DNA of 57,045 bases from Hormoscilla sp. GTDB taxonomy: Bacteria; Cyanobacteriota; Cyanobacteriia; Cyanobacteriales; Desertifilaceae. Position 1 is the stretch's first letter. Every line of letters begins with the position of its first letter. The DNA is taken from positions 1 through 57,045 of the forward strand of contig JBFRWI010000026.1 in NCBI GenBank assembly GCA_051439505.1, read 5' to 3'. Of the stretch, positions 20,478 through 28,874 are shown piece after piece. Both the position numbers and the translations under genes were made by a program. The notes under the pieces were generated by a model that worked only from the letters and a program-made list of their open reading frames with translations, made no database searches and had not been told where the DNA came from.

Positions 20478-20575
20478 GTGGAATTTATTAATGCTGCTTT
20501 AGCCACGTTACTACTGCTACTACTGGGAGATTTTCTCTCTACTTTCCTTTATCACGTTCCCGAACATGCTTTTGC
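20478..20575 (+). pseudogene. N-terminal fragment of a sterol desaturase/fatty-acid hydroxylase family gene
   Basis: GDFLSTFLYHVPEHAF resembles this family's N-terminus; the frame then runs into heptamer and REP repeats. Confidence 0.5.
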
Positions 20576-20614
20576 TTTCTTCCACCATTGTCAATTGTCA
20601 GTTGTCGGTTATCA

Positions 20615-20689
20615 ATGGTGGTGGGCGGTGCCCACCCTACGCTTGCAATTGCTGAAACTGTCCATGGTGGTGGGCGGTGCCCACCCTAC
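20615..20689. repeat. Tandem REP-like elements ATGGTGGTGGGCGGTGCCCACCCTAC (x2)
   Basis: Identical copies at 20615-20640 and 20664-20689; related copies near 17864, 23624, 33868, 34624, 39212 and 53012. Confidence 0.85.
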
Positions 20690-20725
20690 AGAAATTGCGA
20701 ACGCATCGATAAGATAACTAATCAA

Positions 20726-20777
20726 TCCCGCGCAGGCGGGCTTTGTTTTTGTAGCCCTACCCTTTAGGGTTGGGGCG
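20726..20777. repeat. Double-hairpin REP-like element (CCCGCGCAGGCGGG...TGTAGCC...)
   Basis: Reverse copy at about 40488-40538, truncated copy at about 43640-43676, related element at 49097-49149. Confidence 0.75.
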
Positions 20778-20883
20778 GTTGGGGCTTTCAGCTATTTCTC
20801 AGCTAAATATCAGATGAGATTAAGTTGAGTTTATAATTTGGTTATGCTATCATGTCAGAGTGGTATATCGGTAAGACTCAAAT

Positions 20884-21870
20884 ATGGTGCAGACAGCATT
20901 AACTAATTTTTCAACGCGACTGGGTACACCCTTAAAGAAAAAGCAGATCGCAGTTCTGCAAATTAATTTGGGTAAACGTTGTAATTTGGCCTGTAGTCAT
21001 TGCCATGTAGAAGCGGGACCGAAGCGGACTGAAGAACTTTCTACCGAAGTTTGTCGCCAATTGATCGAACTGATTCAACAATTTCCGCAAATTAAAACTG
21101 TTGACTTGACTGGGGGGGCGCCGGAAATGAATTATGGTTTTAAGCCCCTGGTAGAAGCCGCCCGTAGCGCTGGAAAGGAGACGATCGTCCGTTCCAATCT
21201 CACTATTTTCTTTGTCAAGGGGTTTGAAGATTTACCTGCATATTTTGCTCGACATCAACTGCGGGTGGTGGCTTCTCTGCCTTGTTATCTGGAAGATAAT
21301 GTAGATAAAATGCGCGGCGCTGGGGTTTATCATGATTCGATTCGGGCGCTACAGTGGTTAAATAGCTTCGGCTATGGTCGAGACCCGCAACTGGTCCTGG
21401 ATCTGGTATATAATCCGAAAATACCCACTGACCGAAACTTCTCTCTGACTCCCGAACAGCGTCAGTTGGAACCGGATTATCAAGCTTATCTGCAAGCACA
21501 TTTTGATATTAGCTTTAACCAACTGCTGACAATTACTAATATCCCGATCGGGCGGACGAAGTTACATCTGGAAAACCGCAATCTGCACGAACCTTATCTG
21601 CATTTCTTGGCAGATAACTTTAATAGTTCCACCGTAGAAAATTTGATGTGCCGCAATCAACTCTCGATCGACTATCTGGGCAATGTCTACGACTGCGATT
21701 TCAATCAGATGTCGGGTGTGCCAGCAGTAACTGCTGATGGAGAAAAGCTGACCGTGGCGAAGTTGTTGGCAGCAGGGAGTTTGGAGGCGATCTCTCGCGT
21801 GCAAACGGCTAACTATTGCTATGGTTGCACTGCGGGTGCGGGTTCCGGTTGTGGAGGGGCTTTGCTGTAG
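20884..21870 (+). CDS. arsS: Arsenosugar biosynthesis radical SAM protein ArsS
   Basis: LQINLGKRCNLACSHCHVEAGP (CxxxCxxC), DLTGGAPEMN, YDCDFNQM and C-terminal CYGCTAGAGSGCGG. Confidence 0.88.
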   Translation: MVQTALTNFSTRLGTPLKKKQIAVLQINLGKRCNLACSHCHVEAGPKRTEELSTEVCRQLIELIQQFPQIKTVDLTGGAPEMNYGFKPLVEAARSAGKETIVRSNLTIFFVKGFEDLPAYFARHQLRVVASLPCYLEDNVDKMRGAGVYHDSIRALQWLNSFGYGRDPQLVLDLVYNPKIPTDRNFSLTPEQRQLEPDYQAYLQAHFDISFNQLLTITNIPIGRTKLHLENRNLHEPYLHFLADNFNSSTVENLMCRNQLSIDYLGNVYDCDFNQMSGVPAVTADGEKLTVAKLLAAGSLEAISRVQTANYCYGCTAGAGSGCGGALL

Positions 21871-21972
21871 ATCGAGTAAGCTTTACGACCCCTTAATTTT
21901 GCAGGTGAGGTGGGCATCAGATGGGTTCATAGGGTGCGATAATGTTACAACTATGAGCGTGAGCAAACGACA

Positions 21973-23595
21973 GTGTTGTTAAAATATTATTGGAACTGGC
22001 TGATAGCACCAGTGGTTTTAATGGCAGTGGGGACTACTCCTTTGGTACAGGCACAGGAAGCGCCTCGGACCCAGACTAGCACCCCGACACCATTCGGTGA
22101 CAGGATCGTAGTTAAAGAGTTTGTCTTTCAGGGCAATACAGCTTTTAGCGATGCCGAGTTGGCGGAATTAACTCAAGATTACACCGGCAGACCCCTGACC
22201 TTCGCGGAACTGCTGGAAGTAGAATCTGCGGTTAGCAAGCTATATAATGATGCAGGCTATATAAATTCTGGGGCAACAATCCCCGCCAACCAAAGTTTCT
22301 CTCCAATGAAGTCGATCGTCATAATTCAGATCGTGGAAGGGGGAGTGGCAGATATAGACGTGCGGGTGAGGGGACAACTTCATCCTGGTTATGTCCGATC
22401 GCGCTTGGGCCTCGCTGCGAAACAACCTCTGAATCAAAACCAGTTGTTAGAGGCGATGCAATTGTTACAGCTGAACCCTCTGATTGAAAATATATCGGCC
22501 CAACTCTCTGCTGGTCCGCGCCCGGAGTTGAGTTTTCTGGAGGTTGATGTCACCGAAGCTGATAATTTTAACTTGGCCGTGGTTACGGATAATGGTCGTA
22601 CTCCCAGCGTCGGCAGTTGGCGGCGGGGCCTGGAGATCCGCGAAAGTAATTTGCTCGGTTTCGGAGATAGTGTAGATTTATCCTATAGCAATACCGATGG
22701 CAGTAATACTTTCGATGCCAGATATACCATACCTCTGAATGCCCGCAATGGGACTCTCTCTCTGTCCGCTCGGATCACCGATACTGAAGTAGTCGAACCT
22801 CCTTTCGATCGCATCGATATTACTGGCGACTCCGAATATTACGACGTCAGTTTGCGCCAACCAGTGATCCAAACTCCGACTCGGGAGTTAGCTTTGGGCG
22901 CGATCTTGACCAGACAGTCAAGTCAGACTCAACTGCTGGGCACGGATTTTCAACTCTCCCCAGGGGCCAATGAGGATGGGGAAACTCGCGTATCGGCCAT
23001 TCGCTTTTTCCAGGACTGGACTCAACGTACTGCTGCCGATGTCTTCTCGGCTCGTTCTCAGTTTAATGTGGGAGTAGGTTGGTTTGATGCCACAGTTAAT
23101 TCCGAACCTCCTGACAGTCGGTTCTTCTTCTGGCGCGGACAGGCCCAGTATGTCCGACTTTTGGCTCCTGACACTTTATTTATTGTGCGTTCCGATACCC
23201 AACTGGCGACTGAGGCCCTCGTACCTTTAGAGCAAATTGGCATCGGCGGTCTTCGCAGCGTTCGGGGTTATCGCCAGGACCTACTGCTGACCGATAATGG
23301 ACTTGTGCTTTCCGCAGAGGTGCAGTTTCCTATTCTCCGAGTGAAAAAGCTGGATGGTATATTACATCTGGTACCCTTTGTTGATTTTGGCTGGGGTTGG
23401 AATAGTTCCGGTAGACCTAATGCCGACCCAAATAGTTTGTTGGGTGTAGGTTTGGGCTTAAAATGGCAGATGGGCGATCGATTGGATGCTCGTCTGGATT
23501 GGGGGATCCCTCTGACTGACGTTGATTCTAGTGACAAAACTTGGCAGGAAAATGGCGTTTATTTCACCATTAATTACAATTTGTTAAGGTTCTGA
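21973..23595 (+). CDS. ShlB/FhaC/HecB (TpsB) outer-membrane transporter
   Basis: Signal peptide, POTRA (GNTAFSDAEL...YNDAGYINSGA), SVRGY loop motif, terminal Phe. Confidence 0.92.
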   Translation: MLLKYYWNWLIAPVVLMAVGTTPLVQAQEAPRTQTSTPTPFGDRIVVKEFVFQGNTAFSDAELAELTQDYTGRPLTFAELLEVESAVSKLYNDAGYINSGATIPANQSFSPMKSIVIIQIVEGGVADIDVRVRGQLHPGYVRSRLGLAAKQPLNQNQLLEAMQLLQLNPLIENISAQLSAGPRPELSFLEVDVTEADNFNLAVVTDNGRTPSVGSWRRGLEIRESNLLGFGDSVDLSYSNTDGSNTFDARYTIPLNARNGTLSLSARITDTEVVEPPFDRIDITGDSEYYDVSLRQPVIQTPTRELALGAILTRQSSQTQLLGTDFQLSPGANEDGETRVSAIRFFQDWTQRTAADVFSARSQFNVGVGWFDATVNSEPPDSRFFFWRGQAQYVRLLAPDTLFIVRSDTQLATEALVPLEQIGIGGLRSVRGYRQDLLLTDNGLVLSAEVQFPILRVKKLDGILHLVPFVDFGWGWNSSGRPNADPNSLLGVGLGLKWQMGDRLDARLDWGIPLTDVDSSDKTWQENGVYFTINYNLLRF

Positions 23596-23831
23596 TCCTC
23601 TCCGGTACGTGGGACTAGCATAAGTAGGATGGGCACCGCCCACCATCGGCAGTTGTAGTCAACAACAACCAACGGGCGCAAGACCACTGCTGATGGCCCT
23701 TGCCCACAACCCTAGCAAGCTTGACAGTAGCTAGAGAAAATGTTATACCTGTTGAGAGAACGGGCGATCGCCCAATCCGGGAGCCGTGCCGAAAATCACA
23801 CCAAAGAGATAATTGACAATAAATCAAGGAT

Positions 23832-26462
23832 ATGGTAATAGCAGAAAAACAAGGTAGAGGCATTAGAAAGAGGAGAGGGCTAGTCCTAGCATCCCTATTG
23901 TATCTGCTAGCAGTCCAGCCAGGGATAGCAATAGGAACGGAAATATCGGGAGTGACCCAAAGTCAGCAAGGCAGGGAACTCTATGAAAGGGGAGAATATC
24001 AGCGGGCAGCTTCATCATGGGAACGAGCAGCAGCGGAATTTGCCGCGCGGGGAGACGCGCTCAACCAGGCAATGGCCTTGAGCAATCTATCACTAACTTA
24101 TCAGGAACTGGGAAAATGGGAAGAAGCTACTAGGGCGATCGCCCAAAGCCAGGAAATCCTACAAGGCCAGGAAGTAACAGCAGTACAGCAGCGGATGGTA
24201 GCCCAAACTCTGGACATCCAAGGACAGCAACAAATAGCAAGAGGACAAACGGCATCGGCGCTAGAAACTTGGGAAAAAGCAGCCGAGATCTATAATGAGA
24301 TAGGAGATCGAGAAAGTTTAATCGGGAACCAGATAAATCAAGCCCAAGGAATGAAAGATTTGGGCTTTTATCCCAGAAGCTGCAAGATGTTACAGCAAGC
24401 ATTAGGACTGTCAAGTCAAAGCTGTACGGTATCAGCAGAGGAATTGGCAAGTTTGAAAAGCCAAAGGGCAACGCCGCAACAGGTATTAGGGATGGAGGCC
24501 CTAGGAGATGTGATGCGGTTAGTAGGGAGAAGCCCGGAGTCCAAAGAAGTATTGGTAGCAAGTTTGCAGCTAGGTCGGGAATTGGGAGATTCCGGAATTC
24601 TAGCAGAAATATACCTGTCTTTGGGGAATACAATGCGGGCATTGGCGAATAGACCAGGTTTGAATGCCAAAAAGCGCCGCGGATTGATCGACGAAGCGAT
24701 CGGCTATTATCAGTCAGCAGCAAAGCGCTCGAAAACCCCAATTACCTTCTACCAGGCCCAAGTAAATCAACTGAGCATGTTGGTGATAAGCGATCGGGCA
24801 AATCAAGCAGCAAGACAATGGCAGCAGCTAAGCGAAAAAATCCAGAAATTCCCCCCAAATAGAAGAGCAGTCTACACCCAGATCAACCTGGCAGGTATCT
24901 TGCTGGACCTGAAAACAAACCAGCAAATAGCCAAAGAATATATACCAAGTGTAGACAGGATAGACCAGCTATTAGCAAACGCCGCAAATTACGCGGAAGC
25001 CTGGGGAGACGATCGCACCTATGCCTACGCAATGGGTTTACGGGGAAAACTCTATGAAGAGTCCCAGCAGTGGGAAGTAGCAGCTTCCTTGACAAAAGCA
25101 GCCCTGAGTAAAGCTAGCAGCTTTAATGCTCCAGATATAAGTTACCAACTATTATGGCAGTTGGGCAGGCTGGAAACAGCAGTAGGGAAAAAAGCCAGCG
25201 CGATCTCGTCTTACACGAAAGCCGTGAACACGATCAAATCGATCCGCTCGGATCTGGCGACAGTAAATCCAGAAGTGCAATTCTCCTTTGCCGAGAGCGT
25301 AGAACCAGTATATCGGGAACTGGTAGATTTGCTGTTGCAACCAGGAGCAAATCAATCAAATCTCCAGCAGGCCCGGGAATTGATCGAAGCTCTCCAGTTG
25401 GCAGAACTAGACAACTTCTTTCAAGACGCCTGTCTGAAGGCGCGACCGCAGCAAATAGATGAGGTAGACCCCAAGGCAGCAGTGATCTATCCGATCGTAT
25501 TACCAGATAGATTAGAAGTGATCCTATCTCTGCCGGGGCAACCCCTGCGGCAATACAGAACCGAGATGTCGAAGGAACGGGCAACTCGCGTAGTCAAGCG
25601 GATGCGGGGCTCCTTAAATCCACTTTTCTCTTCTAAACAGCGTTTGCTGGTCTCGCAAAAAATATATGATTGGCTGATTAGACCAGCAGCAGAAGATTTA
25701 GCAGCCTCGGAAGTAGAAACCCTGGTATTCGTGCTGGATGGGGTCCTGCGGAATATACCAATGGCAGCATTGCATGACGGACAACAATATTTGCTGGAAA
25801 AATATAAAATCGCCCTCACGCCAGGCTTGCAACTACTAGAGTCTCGGGGACTGCAAGTACAAGAGTTGACTGCTTTAACAATGGGGATTTCTGAAGCCCG
25901 CCAGGGGTTTCCGGCCCTGCCAGGAGTAGAATTTGAATTGCAGAAAATTCAATCGGAAGTACCTGCCGAAGTGCGGCTAAATCAGCAGTTTACTAGCCAA
26001 ACCCTGCAAGATCAGATCGCCGAGGTGCCATTTCCGATAATTCACCTAGCAACACACGGTCAATTTAGCTCCCAGGCAGAGGAAACTTTTCTCCTGACCT
26101 GGGATGGTAAAATAAATGTAAAAGAACTAGATCAATTGCTGCGGACCAGAGAACAGGAACCAAGCCCGATCGAATTGCTGGTACTCAGTGCCTGCGAAAC
26201 AGCTTCAGGAGACCAGCGGGCAGTGCTGGGGTTGGCCGGTGTAGCCGTGCGATCGGGAGCCAGAAGTACAATAGCCACATTATGGCAGGTGAATGATGCC
26301 TCTAGCGCTGTCCTGATGGCCGAGTTTTACAACCAGCTATCCGAAGCAGGAGTAACTAAAGCAGAGGCCCTGCGCCGGGCCCAGCTGAGTATTCTCCAAC
26401 AGGGCAGGTATAGCGATCCTTACTACTGGGCACCTTTTGTTTTGGTAGGAAATTGGCTTTAA
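23832..26462 (+). CDS. TPR + CHAT (caspase/HetF-like) protease with putative signal peptide
   Basis: TPR helices; IIHLATHGQF (His) and LLVLSACETA (Cys) dyad; C-terminal PYYWAPFVLVGNWL. Confidence 0.93.
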   Translation: MVIAEKQGRGIRKRRGLVLASLLYLLAVQPGIAIGTEISGVTQSQQGRELYERGEYQRAASSWERAAAEFAARGDALNQAMALSNLSLTYQELGKWEEATRAIAQSQEILQGQEVTAVQQRMVAQTLDIQGQQQIARGQTASALETWEKAAEIYNEIGDRESLIGNQINQAQGMKDLGFYPRSCKMLQQALGLSSQSCTVSAEELASLKSQRATPQQVLGMEALGDVMRLVGRSPESKEVLVASLQLGRELGDSGILAEIYLSLGNTMRALANRPGLNAKKRRGLIDEAIGYYQSAAKRSKTPITFYQAQVNQLSMLVISDRANQAARQWQQLSEKIQKFPPNRRAVYTQINLAGILLDLKTNQQIAKEYIPSVDRIDQLLANAANYAEAWGDDRTYAYAMGLRGKLYEESQQWEVAASLTKAALSKASSFNAPDISYQLLWQLGRLETAVGKKASAISSYTKAVNTIKSIRSDLATVNPEVQFSFAESVEPVYRELVDLLLQPGANQSNLQQARELIEALQLAELDNFFQDACLKARPQQIDEVDPKAAVIYPIVLPDRLEVILSLPGQPLRQYRTEMSKERATRVVKRMRGSLNPLFSSKQRLLVSQKIYDWLIRPAAEDLAASEVETLVFVLDGVLRNIPMAALHDGQQYLLEKYKIALTPGLQLLESRGLQVQELTALTMGISEARQGFPALPGVEFELQKIQSEVPAEVRLNQQFTSQTLQDQIAEVPFPIIHLATHGQFSSQAEETFLLTWDGKINVKELDQLLRTREQEPSPIELLVLSACETASGDQRAVLGLAGVAVRSGARSTIATLWQVNDASSAVLMAEFYNQLSEAGVTKAEALRRAQLSILQQGRYSDPYYWAPFVLVGNWL

Positions 26463-26731
26463 GGTAATTAGTCAGTTGTTAGTTGTTACTAGACAACTAG
26501 CAACCGATAACTGTATAAATACTGAGATTTCAAGGTCTCAGAAGATGATATTCGATCGAACATAGCCAAAAACAAAAACATCGGATAAGATAGAGTAAAG
26601 GCTTGTAGAGAAATCTGGGCTTTGCACAACAACACCGAATCGGTAAAAATGTGCAACGCCGAAATCTGTAAGCAGGAGAAAGTTATTAACCCTCATAGCC
26701 ATTCAAATGGCTGAAAAAGGAGGAAAATCAA

Positions 26732-27493
26732 ATGCAAAAACCAGCATATCTAGCTAGTATAGCTGCAACAATGACTTTAGGACTGCTGTTGGGACCAGCT
26801 TTCACATCTCAAGCACAGCAGACGTTCTTTCAGCCTCCAGCTGGTCAAAAACAAGCACCGGTGAATACGGCAGGGGGCGCATCCCGAGGCCAATGCCCTC
26901 TGGATGCAAATGCAGGGTCGGAAAATATTATCCCATTGATGCCCGCAATGTTGCTGCCAGAAGCACCGATGGCAGATTTAGTCGGCTTGACTACAGCTGC
27001 AAATCCGACATTCTTTGTATATGTGCCGTCCAGCAAGACGGGATCGGCCATGTTTAGTCTCAAGGATGCACAAAACAATGATGTCTACCAGACAAGCTTG
27101 CAATTACCCGAAGATGGCGGTATAGTAGCAATAAAAATCCCCGAATCAGCTGGGCCGTTGAAAGTGGGTCAGAAGTATGTTTGGTCCTTTGGCATTATCT
27201 GCACGGCAGAAACGCCAGAAGATTCTTCGCCAGTGATGTTCGTCGCTGGAGAGGTACAGCGCACGGAAGCTAGCCCCACAATTAAAAGTCAGCTAGCAGA
27301 GGCGAATTTGCTCAAGCAGGCAGCGATATACGCGCAAAATGGAATTTGGGTAGAGGCGGTGACAACCCTGGCCCAGCTGCGGCAGTCACAACCAGAAAAC
27401 TCGAAGATCGCAGCCGAATGGAAACATCTGTTGGGTTCAGTCGGGTTAGAGGCGATCGCATCGGTGCCGCTAGTATCAGGACCACAAAATTAG
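26732..27493 (+). CDS. DUF928 domain secreted protein
   Basis: Signal peptide, TAGGASRG, GLTTAANPTFFVYVP, YAQNGIW and WKHLLGSVGL. Confidence 0.88.
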   Translation: MQKPAYLASIAATMTLGLLLGPAFTSQAQQTFFQPPAGQKQAPVNTAGGASRGQCPLDANAGSENIIPLMPAMLLPEAPMADLVGLTTAANPTFFVYVPSSKTGSAMFSLKDAQNNDVYQTSLQLPEDGGIVAIKIPESAGPLKVGQKYVWSFGIICTAETPEDSSPVMFVAGEVQRTEASPTIKSQLAEANLLKQAAIYAQNGIWVEAVTTLAQLRQSQPENSKIAAEWKHLLGSVGLEAIASVPLVSGPQN

Positions 27494-27789
27494 CAGTAAT
27501 GGGTACATTTTATGGCCGGGTATATTCATCGAGATTAACCAGGTTTTTGGCCAAAAACCTGGTTTCTTAGATCGGGCAACAGCGACAAAAAGCACAAGCA
27601 GCCATTCGCGAATACAGGTGGGGAGCATCTCAGATGCATGCATTTTGGCATTAAAACCTGCTGCGAATGGCGTATACGCAGTGCGCGACGCAGGATCGCT
27701 ATGGAAAATAGCCTCATTTTCAATCTCTCAATTGCTCAATTAGGGATTCTCAATTATCGCCGCTCAATGCTCAAGAAGTCAAACACCGG

Positions 27790-27859
27790 CATGCAGCCTA
27801 CAGGGGGGCAGCATCCTTTTTACTGGGGACCCTTTGTTCTTGTTGGCAATTGGCTGTAA
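27790..27859 (+). pseudogene. Relic 3' end of a second CHAT gene
   Basis: HPFYWGPFVLVGNWL* nearly matches the C-terminus of 23832-26462 and likewise precedes a DUF928 gene. Confidence 0.75.
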
Positions 27860-28064
27860 CATAATTAACAAATATTGATATGTATTCACTGAAGCTTGAC
27901 GCTAGTAAGGGATGGGATAGAATTATTTATCAGTAGTGAGTTGTTAGGAGAGCACATAAAATAGAAATTAACTACTGATATATGGATAACGGCTCCTTGA
28001 CAATTGTCAGAACAAGGGTTTTAATAGAGAAGAAAGGGGTTATTATATAACAGGAGTCAAGGCA

Positions 28065-28736
28065 ATGGCTAGCAATAAGAATCCCGTATTGAAAAGGCTA
28101 TGGGCGATCGGGCTATGCCAAATGCTGGTCTTAGTCCCAGGGATGGCAGTCCAGGCAGAGTCCCAAGCAGAAAATGTGCTCGTCAGTCAAGCATTCACAC
28201 CGCCAGGACCGGGGACACCAGATCAGACAGCAGGAGGAGCATCCCGGGGAGACGCTACCTGGCCGATCGCCCTGCTGCCAACCAGGAAAGAGGGGTTAAC
28301 GGTGGCAGAACGTCCGACATTCTTGGTATATGTTCCGGAAACGGCAGCCAAACAGGCAGTTTTCATCCTACGGGATAAAAATGAAGATTACTATTACCAA
28401 AAGACCTTGTCAATTGTACAGACAGGGGGTATAATGGCAATTAACTTGCCAGAGTCAGCACCGGTCCTGGAAATGAACACCAAATATAACTGGTCAATGA
28501 TCTTAGTGCCAGAAGGAGGACTAGAACCAGATAGTCCCGGGGTAAAAGGAATCATCATGCGAGTAGAATCAACCGCGAGATCGTCCCCAGCAGCTCAAAC
28601 ATGGTATGATCGAGCGGCAAATCTGGCCAAAATGAGACGGGAGCAGCCATCAGACAGGACAGTAGCAGAAAAATGGGAAAAATTACTGGCTTCAGTGGGA
28701 CTCCATGCGATCGCTTCGGTGCCAATCTTGGAATAG
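28065..28736 (+). CDS. DUF928 domain secreted protein (second copy, internally shorter)
   Basis: TAGGASRG, GLTVAERPTFLVYVP and WEKLLASVGL. Confidence 0.87.
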   Translation: MASNKNPVLKRLWAIGLCQMLVLVPGMAVQAESQAENVLVSQAFTPPGPGTPDQTAGGASRGDATWPIALLPTRKEGLTVAERPTFLVYVPETAAKQAVFILRDKNEDYYYQKTLSIVQTGGIMAINLPESAPVLEMNTKYNWSMILVPEGGLEPDSPGVKGIIMRVESTARSSPAAQTWYDRAANLAKMRREQPSDRTVAEKWEKLLASVGLHAIASVPILE

Positions 28737-28874
28737 AAAACAGGAAGCTGTTCATTGAGAGCTAATTGCGCTCTGGCTAATACAGGCAATCACATCGCTT
28801 TAGACTTAATCGGGATGTTGCGATCCATCAGATAAACTGGCATGAAAATTAGCATCGCAATTAGTCGGGAGTAA

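Noticed and set aside
27638..27859. Intact 73-aa protein
   Set aside because: Only the last 15 or so codons are CHAT-like; the 5' part starts within a MITE end.
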